Positions 53,088-60,274 of a DNA stretch of 60,274 nucleotides are shown here, piece by piece. Position numbers and translations under genes: made by a program. Position 1 is the stretch's first letter. Every line of letters begins with the position of its first letter. This stretch comes from Schmidtea polychroa. Its lineage: Eukaryota. The notes under the pieces are model-generated. The model had not been told where the DNA came from and did not search any database. It worked only from the letters and a program-made list of their open reading frames with translations. Where the stretch lies: assembly GCA_044892525.1 (NCBI GenBank), contig CM097885.1, positions 47,927,727-47,988,000 on the forward strand, in the 5' to 3' direction.

Positions 53088-54098
53088 TTAAAAAAATAAG
53101 ACTTTATTCTTCTGAGCACCATCTGGCACCAATATTCGGATATCAAAAGAAACTCTTGTTGAGAGGATATCTTTATACAATTCTCTCAATGCTTTACGAA
53201 CTTCATCAACATCAACCTTTTTTTCATAAAATATTAAATCTATATATTGTACAAGTGAACTAGAAAAATGAATATTCTTACTTTTAACTTTATGTAGTCC
53301 ATGTGAATGAGTATTAACATACCAATCTCCGTGTGGTAAATCATAACTAGTCATTATAACATCACCCTTTTCAAGCTTACTATTATAATCACATTTCACA
53401 AACCATTTCATTCTTTCATTATCATCATCAAACAAAAAGAAATAAGGATCAATAATTTTTACAACCATAAAAACACCCCATTCTTTACTGTTTGTTGTTA
53501 TTAAACTTGGTTCTATAAAATGTTTATATGTATGGGGTAATAATGTTTTATTCTGTTCTAATTCAGCAGCTCTTTTTCTAATACTATGTGTGGTGTTAAT
53601 GTGTGTTCCATGAGACTCTAAATTTGAAATTCTTTTATTAAATGATGTAATCATCTCATTTATTATTTTATATATTGTATTAAATTTAGTATTCATAATT
53701 TGTTTATCTTTAGAATTTAATATAGCAGTATTTAACTTTACAACTTGTTCAGTTAACAGACTTTGTAACTTGTCAAATTTATCATTAAATCGTTGTTCGA
53801 TATTATTAAGCTTTGATTCCATTGAATCAATTTTTGTTGTTAATGAACTTTCAATTCTTGTTGTTGTTAAATCAGTATATTTTTTAACACCATCTACATA
53901 TTTCTTATTAACTGCATCAGCTTCATCAGTTGGAAAAGATAATTCTTTTATCTTGTGTCCATTTAAAATTAAATCACCCTTCATTGAATCACCTCTTTCA
54001 TTAATATATTTATTTTCTGTTAAAGTTAATATTTCTTCTGTATTAAACCCTGTTTTTATTGTTCCACCACCTCTATTACATGGAATATAAGAACTCAT
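53088..54098 (-). CDS. Fibre-like virion protein
   Basis: GDSMKGDLILNGHKIKEL..PTDEADAVNKKYVD tail-fibre/adhesin-type motif, coiled-coil stalk and globular C-terminus; adjacent to penton. Confidence 0.6.
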   Translation of the reverse strand: MSSYIPCNRGGGTIKTGFNTEEILTLTENKYINERGDSMKGDLILNGHKIKELSFPTDEADAVNKKYVDGVKKYTDLTTTRIESSLTTKIDSMESKLNNIEQRFNDKFDKLQSLLTEQVVKLNTAILNSKDKQIMNTKFNTIYKIINEMITSFNKRISNLESHGTHINTTHSIRKRAAELEQNKTLLPHTYKHFIEPSLITTNSKEWGVFMVVKIIDPYFFLFDDDNERMKWFVKCDYNSKLEKGDVIMTSYDLPHGDWYVNTHSHGLHKVKSKNIHFSSSLVQYIDLIFYEKKVDVDEVRKALRELYKDILSTRVSFDIRILVPDGAQKNKVLFF

Positions 54099-54122
54099 TT
54101 ATTAATAATTTAAAATGAATCT

Positions 54123-54887
54123 TCAAACCTGTTTCAAATGTAAATACATTGAAATCTCTTCTCCATTAAAATCAATCAATTCTCCTTCTTGATTAAGAAT
54201 TTTAAAATTAATATCCATTATATATTTTCTACATAAAGGTAAATAATTTGGAGGATTCATTCTTTCAACTATTTTATATCCCATAGGAACTGTGTTTGAG
54301 GGAAAGGAATATAAAACATTTGTTTGTTTACCATTATTATAAGAACCTGTTATACAATCGCAATGAATATTTATTGTGTTTGTATTTATTATTTTTATAA
54401 TATGTTCTGATGTTATCATTTTATCTTCTTTTATTGTTATATCCATAGGTTTAAATCCTAAAACTGTGTGAAAGAAACAATTATCTAAAAAACTAATTTT
54501 TATATTCTTCAAAGTCATTACACATTTTGAAGTTGGTATATCCATTTTAATTTTAATACCTTCATTTGTTTTTTTAGAAAGTATATCATTTAAATCTTTT
54601 ATCTCATATGCCCCAGGTTCTATTGTTATAATTTCTGGTTTATGCCCATCACGAGTTTGAATAGTAAATTTATTATTATCTTTAGTTATATTAAAAATAG
54701 TATTATAAGCACAAAACCATAATAGCCCCAATTCATAATTTAAATTTTGATCTAATTTAATTGAATCTTGAAAGTTTATAGTAAAGTCTGATTCTTTTGA
54801 ATTTATAGATAAAGTTCTTGAATATTTATCTGACATTATGTTTACCATTTTTTTTAAATTATCTTCCGGAGGGTTGTGAAGCTCCAT
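54123..54887 (-). CDS. Minor capsid protein (penton, single jelly-roll)
   Basis: YELGL, IEPGAYEIKDLN, INIHCDCITGSYNNG..NVLYSF and NQEGELIDFNGE motifs. Confidence 0.85.
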   Translation of the reverse strand: MELHNPPEDNLKKMVNIMSDKYSRTLSINSKESDFTINFQDSIKLDQNLNYELGLLWFCAYNTIFNITKDNNKFTIQTRDGHKPEIITIEPGAYEIKDLNDILSKKTNEGIKIKMDIPTSKCVMTLKNIKISFLDNCFFHTVLGFKPMDITIKEDKMITSEHIIKIINTNTINIHCDCITGSYNNGKQTNVLYSFPSNTVPMGYKIVERMNPPNYLPLCRKYIMDINFKILNQEGELIDFNGEEISMYLHLKQV

Positions 54888-54935
54888 TTCTTTAGTAGTA
54901 AATTCATATAGTAAAAATCCTTATAGTAAAAATCC

Positions 54936-55400
54936 TTATAGTAGAGATTCTAGATCATTATAAATTTCTTGAATTATAGATTCAAAATCCTGCGTATGCC
55001 CCTTTCCCTCTCCCTTATTCAATCTATACAAAACATATAAACTTAAAATACCACATATTTTAGTATTCAAAGGTTGAACTTGTAAAGAGTTAAAAGTATA
55101 ACCATTTGGGGAATCAATCGGAGAACCCCTCAAGAGATAATCTTCAACTTCTTTAGTAGGTTTAATCCCAAAAGAATCAAAGTAGATAGATTTCTTATAT
55201 ATACAAACCCAATGAGATCCTTTTTCATTTGAATTTTGATAATTGATTATTATATTCAGGGGACTCTCCAGACTTGATAATTCATCATTCATTAATATTT
55301 TAATTTTTAAATTTAAATAATTTGCATAATCTTTTAAATCAAAATTTGTATTTGCATTTATTCCAAATGTTTTTAAAAAATCTAATATTGAAGGAGTCAT
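54936..55400 (-). CDS. Adenain-like cysteine protease (capsid maturation)
   Basis: IIN...GSHWV (His), YFDSFG (Asp), VQ...ICG (Gln, Cys). Confidence 0.92.
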   Translation of the reverse strand: MTPSILDFLKTFGINANTNFDLKDYANYLNLKIKILMNDELSSLESPLNIIINYQNSNEKGSHWVCIYKKSIYFDSFGIKPTKEVEDYLLRGSPIDSPNGYTFNSLQVQPLNTKICGILSLYVLYRLNKGEGKGHTQDFESIIQEIYNDLESLL

Positions 55401-55422
55401 TTTGTATTTTAAAACTTCGTAT

Positions 55423-56304
55423 TTATAACTTCGTATACTTATTAAATTTATCTTTTGAAATTATTCCTTGTTTTAACAAATCTTTAGAAATCTTTAAAAT
55501 ATCAGAATCTAAATTATTATGTCCTGCTTTCCTTGCAGCTAATAGTTTTCTTAATTCAATAAAAAGATTGATGGGATTTGGTTTACCACCTTCACTAATT
55601 AATCCCTCTCCCTCTGTAACAACATAACCCTTTTCATTTTTATTTAAATAATTCTTTAAATCTTGAATATATTTTGCTTTAGAACTAGCTCTTATTAATC
55701 TTATTAAATTTAAATATTTTTTAATTTCTTCAACATCATCTGAAGAATATCCACAAAGTAATCTATAAAAATCATCTGTAAATTCAAAGTCTAAATATTC
55801 ATTATTATAAACATTTTGTGAATGAATACGTGATTTATTTTCTGAATTTGAATATAAAGTAAAGTTTTGTTTATTAATTGTTATTATTTGATATCCTTCA
55901 GTATTAGTATTAAATGTGGGTCTAATTGAAGGAGGTAAATCATCTCTAATTTTAGGATCAACTTTAAGAGCTTTTGTTTTTAAAAACATTTCTTCTTCTT
56001 CCACATTAGAAATTCTTCTGCGTTTTCTTTGATTTCTTTCAGGATGGTTTTCACTGGATTCTTTTTCTTTATCCTGCCACTCTAGTTCTTTTATTTTTTG
56101 TTTTTTATCTTCTAACTCTTTAAATTTTGCTTGCTCATTGAAATCTTCCAACTCTTTTATAGCTTTAATTGTTGGCCCCTGTTGTTGTGTTATTACCTCA
56201 TTTAATATTATAGATTCAGCATGTTGAGTTGTATCTTTTTTATTATATTTATCTTGTTCTGATTGTAATTTTTTTAAAAGTGCTAATCTTTCTTCATATA
56301 CCAT
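55423..56304 (-). CDS. Conserved Polinton protein (putative core protein)
   Basis: C-terminal GEGL...NPINLFIELRKLLAARKAGHNN...LLKQGII motif, of a type recurrent in Polintons. Confidence 0.6.
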   Translation of the reverse strand: MVYEERLALLKKLQSEQDKYNKKDTTQHAESIILNEVITQQQGPTIKAIKELEDFNEQAKFKELEDKKQKIKELEWQDKEKESSENHPERNQRKRRRISNVEEEEMFLKTKALKVDPKIRDDLPPSIRPTFNTNTEGYQIITINKQNFTLYSNSENKSRIHSQNVYNNEYLDFEFTDDFYRLLCGYSSDDVEEIKKYLNLIRLIRASSKAKYIQDLKNYLNKNEKGYVVTEGEGLISEGGKPNPINLFIELRKLLAARKAGHNNLDSDILKISKDLLKQGIISKDKFNKYTKL

Positions 56305-56326
56305 TTTAATGGTATCAAAAATGGTA

Positions 56327-56908
56327 TCAATGGGGTTCGAAGGGCTTCAAGTATAAACCTTTACCATTTTTAGTTTTACAAAGGCATCCATTCTTTAAAG
56401 ATTTACATATTTTTTTTAAATCTTCTTTATCTTTTGAAGATAAAGATTCAGATGTAGAAATTTGATTTTTTAAAAAATCATTTAAACCTCTACCTTTATA
56501 AGGATCAAGATAGAGACCTTTGCCCTGAGACTTTTGCCGACTCCCCTCATATGGATTAAGATAGAGACCCTTTCCAACGGGCACTCCCCCTTTAGCTTGC
56601 CCTACCTTCTTCATTGAATCGATTTCAGTTTGTAGTTTTTCTTTTTCTAGGTCTGTCTTTTGAGATTCTTTAGCTTTTTGAACTGTAGTTGCAATTCCTC
56701 CAGCTATTCCAGCAGCACCTGATAAACCAGCAATGATTGCAGGTATTAAAGCAGCTAATGGAAGAATGCCTCCTTCTTTAGCTTCGTGGAGCTTCGCTCT
56801 AACTTGTTCTTTTACATGTTTTCCAATAAAATATTTTTTACCATCAATTACTACTGATTTATTTTTATTTGAATTTATTAATTCTTGCAAAGATTCTTCA
56901 GTTGTCAT
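56327..56908 (-). CDS. Core/membrane-lytic precursor (adenovirus pX / cupiennin-like)
   Basis: EGG|ILPLAALIPAIIAGLSGAAGIAGGIA hydrophobic peptide after a putative adenain site; three GKGLYLxP(Y/F) repeats. Confidence 0.7.
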   Translation of the reverse strand: MTTEESLQELINSNKNKSVVIDGKKYFIGKHVKEQVRAKLHEAKEGGILPLAALIPAIIAGLSGAAGIAGGIATTVQKAKESQKTDLEKEKLQTEIDSMKKVGQAKGGVPVGKGLYLNPYEGSRQKSQGKGLYLDPYKGRGLNDFLKNQISTSESLSSKDKEDLKKICKSLKNGCLCKTKNGKGLYLKPFEPH

Positions 56909-56924
56909 TTTATAATAAAAAAAA

Positions 56925-57716
56925 ATGGATATTTGGAAACCAATTTTAAATAGACATAAGAGTAAATTTAATAATAAAGTATTTCCTGATAATTTTAGAT
57001 TATTAATTGTTGGTTCTTCTGGATGTGGAAAGAATGTACTTGTTTTGAGAATGTTACTTGAAGATGATTTTTTAGATTATAATAATTTAATCTTTTATTC
57101 TACAACCATAAATCAACCAGAATTACAACTTTTGAAATGTGGATTTGAAAATAAATTAACTAAAAAAGCAATAATTGATATTTTTAAAAATCAACATAGG
57201 TGTCCTGAAGAAGTTTTTCAACCTTGTGATATGGTTGATTGGTATAAGGAAAAGATTTTAGAATCAGATATTAGTAATAAAAATGATTATATTTGTGAAG
57301 AAGGGCAGGAGGCAATTCAAGTTTTATTCTCTAATAAACCTGAAGATGTTTTACATTGTGATTTACTTCCTAAAGATAAAAAGAATCTAGTTATATTTGA
57401 TGATGTTGTTAATATGAAAAATCAAGAGATTCAAAAGAGTTACTTTACACGAGGTCGACATAATAATTGTAATGTTATTTATATATCTCAAACATATTAT
57501 GCTTTAGATAAAAATTCAATAAGAAATAATTCCAATTGTTTTATATTTTTTAAATTAGATCGCCGTGATAAGAATATGATTTATAATGATTTATTTTCAA
57601 ATGTTGAACCTGATAAGAATATGTTTGATATGTTTGTTGATAATCATGGGAAAGAAAAATATAATTATATTTATTTGGATAGAGAAGAAGCTGAAATATG
57701 GAAAAGTTTGTTTTAG
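56925..57716 (+). CDS. A32/FtsK-like DNA packaging ATPase
   Basis: Walker A GSSGCGKN, Walker B LVIFDD, RGRHNNCNVIYISQ, IRNN. Confidence 0.92.
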   Translation: MDIWKPILNRHKSKFNNKVFPDNFRLLIVGSSGCGKNVLVLRMLLEDDFLDYNNLIFYSTTINQPELQLLKCGFENKLTKKAIIDIFKNQHRCPEEVFQPCDMVDWYKEKILESDISNKNDYICEEGQEAIQVLFSNKPEDVLHCDLLPKDKKNLVIFDDVVNMKNQEIQKSYFTRGRHNNCNVIYISQTYYALDKNSIRNNSNCFIFFKLDRRDKNMIYNDLFSNVEPDKNMFDMFVDNHGKEKYNYIYLDREEAEIWKSLF

Positions 57717-57727
57717 GGCTTGTCGAC

Positions 57728-59131
57728 TTAAAAATCTGTTTTCTGTAGTTCATTATTATAAAATCTACCTAATATTTTTTCATTATTTAAATCAAAGATG
57801 GTATATGTTATTGGAGTTGTATAATGTATTTTATTTATAATAAAAATTTCATTTGTCCATTTTGCTGTGAATCCTTTTTCAAATTTATTTTTATATTTAA
57901 ATATTCTTACTCGGTCACCAATTTTAAACTTTGGTTTTTCAATAACATCATTTTCAATATTTACCACTTTAATGGTTTCAGGCTTCATGGAAGCATTTAA
58001 AGGTGTTAATTTTATAGAACTATGTACATCATTATTATATTCATTTACAATCTTTTGTAACAATTCATTGTTCCATTTTTGTTTTCCAATAGCAGTAAAA
58101 TATTTCCACATTTTATTTTTTAATGTTCTATTTAATCTTTCAACTACGACTGCTTTTCCTTCGTTTTCTGTTGAATATAATTTAATATCATTTTCATTTA
58201 AAAACTTTGTAAAAACTTTGTTATAAAATTCTGTTCCTTTATCACACCATAAATATTTTGGGATTCTTTGATTTTCTTCAAATATATTTTCAAATGCTTC
58301 TGTAATAGAATATCCTGTTTTATTTTCTAAACATCTTGCTAAAGCAAATCTTGTATATAAATCTATTACAGTTAAAATTATTTTATATTTTTCAGGGTCT
58401 GATGATTTGGGCATAAAGACTAAATCTGCAGACCATGTTTGATCTTTTTCATGTACTTGAACTTTTAAATATTTTTTATTTTTTCTAAATTCATGGTGTA
58501 ATTCCTTTGCATATTTTATTTCTGATTCTGTTGGGGTTTGTAAACTAGTCTTGGCTGTACTCTCGAGGGATCTTTCAATCTCTGCTTGTTCGATAATCTT
58601 TTTATAAGCAACATCTTTTGCTTTCCTAGGAAGTCTTGCACCCATGGTGATCGGACTGTGTCCTAAGCCTATGAAAATCTTACCTTTCATTGCTAATTTA
58701 ACTAGAGCTCTTTGAATCTTTTCTTGGGTTGATGGATTTTGGATACTATTTAAATCATGTATTAAATTCACATCTGCAACATGTCTATCTCTAAGATTTG
58801 TTGAATTGTATGCAATGTCATGTTTTAAAGCTGCTTGATCAATTCTATTTATTGATTCTTCTCCTTGTTTGGGATTATTATTTTCATCTAATCTAATATC
58901 TAGACGTGTTCCTGGTCCAGTATAGTTGTGTTTAAATAAATGTCTTTCACCTGGATATTTTTCTGTAGTAAAAGGTTTTAATATTGAAGATGTTGTTTTT
59001 GAAGATTGCAAATCGCCTCCAACTCGTGGAATTAGATCACCTCCTGTATGTTTTTTAGTTTTTAAATGACTTGCTTTATGATGTCTTGTAACTTGACAAT
59101 TACAACTTTCACATCTCCAATAGAGAGACAT
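57728..59131 (-). CDS. Retroviral-type integrase with N-terminal Zn finger and parvovirus-type phospholipase A2 domain
   Basis: CESC..HLKTKKH; HNYTGPGT...DQAALKHDIAY...RHVAD; DDE core WSADL, WCDKGTEF, VVERLNRTLK. No chromodomain. Confidence 0.92.
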   Translation of the reverse strand: MSLYWRCESCNCQVTRHHKASHLKTKKHTGGDLIPRVGGDLQSSKTTSSILKPFTTEKYPGERHLFKHNYTGPGTRLDIRLDENNNPKQGEESINRIDQAALKHDIAYNSTNLRDRHVADVNLIHDLNSIQNPSTQEKIQRALVKLAMKGKIFIGLGHSPITMGARLPRKAKDVAYKKIIEQAEIERSLESTAKTSLQTPTESEIKYAKELHHEFRKNKKYLKVQVHEKDQTWSADLVFMPKSSDPEKYKIILTVIDLYTRFALARCLENKTGYSITEAFENIFEENQRIPKYLWCDKGTEFYNKVFTKFLNENDIKLYSTENEGKAVVVERLNRTLKNKMWKYFTAIGKQKWNNELLQKIVNEYNNDVHSSIKLTPLNASMKPETIKVVNIENDVIEKPKFKIGDRVRIFKYKNKFEKGFTAKWTNEIFIINKIHYTTPITYTIFDLNNEKILGRFYNNELQKTDF

Positions 59132-59160
59132 TTTAAAATGTTAAAATATCAGGGATTATA

Positions 59161-60274
59161 TCAAGAATCTCCCCTAACATTTTCGATTATTGAAATCTTT
59201 CCACCATATAATTTCATTTCTATTTTCTTTTCTTCTAATAATAATGTATATACTTTAGCTTTAAAATTAGAATCCTTTGTTACATGAAGTGTAACATCAA
59301 CATTATTTATGGCTAGGCGATCATCTTGGTCTGAAACATTTATACAAAATATAGAATATAAATTTTTGAAATCTTCTAAACTTAATTGCGGTTCAACTTT
59401 GAAATCATAACATGTTTCAATATAATTTAGATATGGGAATATGTTTTCATTATTTTCAATATTAAATTCCATTCTATTTATTGGATAATAAGAACTATTT
59501 AATTGAATTTGGATTGTTTTTAAATTATCAACTCCAATCTTTTGAATAAACAAGTTGTTATTTTTTTGGAAAGATGAATCTACTTCTTTGAATCCAATCA
59601 AGATATATCTTGGTCGGTATGCTAAATTTGCTACCTTTATAGAATATGTTGAACCCTCTGTCATACTAAATTCACTACAGATTCTATTTAAATAATTTAC
59701 ATTTATAGACTTGTTGGAATTTAATCTTTCAAGGAGTTTGATTTCAGAATGTGGGTTTAATGTCCATTCAGGTATATGCAATTCAAGTGTTGATAATTTT
59801 AATTTAGCTTTTGTATCTACAGCTCCATAGAACAATCTTTTATCACCTTCTACTCTATTACAGATGAATTCTATAAAAACATTATGAAGTATACGATTAT
59901 AGTTTTGAAGGAATCCAAACAAGTGTTTTAATTCAAAATAACCTTCAAATTTTTTAGATTTATAAAGTTCAGCTCTTTTATGGTAACCATGGTTTACATC
60001 TAAACCATCTTTATCTAAATCCCCTTTATTAACATCAGGAATCCAACCTGTTAATTCACCATATTCGTTTTTATAATCACAACCAGTCAAAATAAAATTT
60101 AACATTGTAGAATATACTCCCGGATGCAAAACAGTTTCAATTTCTGATGATCCTAGTTTTAATCTCATGTTGGAGAATAAATTTGGAAAGAAATTATTTT
60201 CTAGGGTTATATCTTTGTTTGCTTCAATTTCTAATTCGATTTTATAATATAATTTGGCATTACAAATATCTATA
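59161..60274 (-). CDS. Major capsid protein (double jelly-roll, hexon-like), 5'-partial
   Basis: Frame is open to the window edge (…ENNFFPNLFSNMRLKLGSSEIE); LKHLFGF, RPRYILIGF, LNSSYYP and IFCINVS motifs. Confidence 0.9.
   Translation of the reverse strand, partial: IDICNAKLYYKIELEIEANKDITLENNFFPNLFSNMRLKLGSSEIETVLHPGVYSTMLNFILTGCDYKNEYGELTGWIPDVNKGDLDKDGLDVNHGYHKRAELYKSKKFEGYFELKHLFGFLQNYNRILHNVFIEFICNRVEGDKRLFYGAVDTKAKLKLSTLELHIPEWTLNPHSEIKLLERLNSNKSINVNYLNRICSEFSMTEGSTYSIKVANLAYRPRYILIGFKEVDSSFQKNNNLFIQKIGVDNLKTIQIQLNSSYYPINRMEFNIENNENIFPYLNYIETCYDFKVEPQLSLEDFKNLYSIFCINVSDQDDRLAINNVDVTLHVTKDSNFKAKVYTLLLEEKKIEMKLYGGKISIIENVRGDS

Larger units (their letters stand above)
50055..60274. mobile_element. 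Polinton/Maverick (adintovirus-like endogenous virus), family B, left end to window edge
   Basis: AGTAGT terminus exactly at the LTR breakpoint; dense intronless gene block with INT, ATPase, protease, MCP and mCP. Confidence 0.95.

Noticed and set aside
53770..58226. Antisense or alternative-frame ORFs within Polinton genes (53770, 55322, 56733, 57550, 57586, 57867)
   Set aside because: Shadows of the real genes, with no motifs.

Overview
Very AT-rich, transposon-dense eukaryotic DNA with (AAT)n/(TA)n microsatellites and 40-70 nt introns. This fits a planarian-type (spiralian) genome, which is an inference. The window is bracketed by two different Polinton/Maverick (adintovirus-like) elements. 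A right arm ends in ACTACT at 3336. A left end starts with AGTAGT at 50055, inserted into an LTR, and runs off the window. The second element carries a truncated pPolB N-terminus, a GasderminX-like protein, a fibre-like protein, penton, adenain protease, two core-like proteins, packaging ATPase, a ZnF-PLA2-integrase fusion and the major capsid protein, plus two Pol III-type mini-genes near its terminus. Host genes reconstructed by hand-splicing are a divergent TALE homeobox gene, an AQP11/12-like aquaporin, the 5' part of a GCLM-like gene, and a small HTH gene with a pseudogene paralogue. The rest is hAT/hATm/pogo fossils and MITEs, gypsy solo LTRs, and two related unclassified GC-richer inserts that share a conserved RNA stem and an antisense ORF with an acidic tail. 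All calls are by eye; no searches were run.
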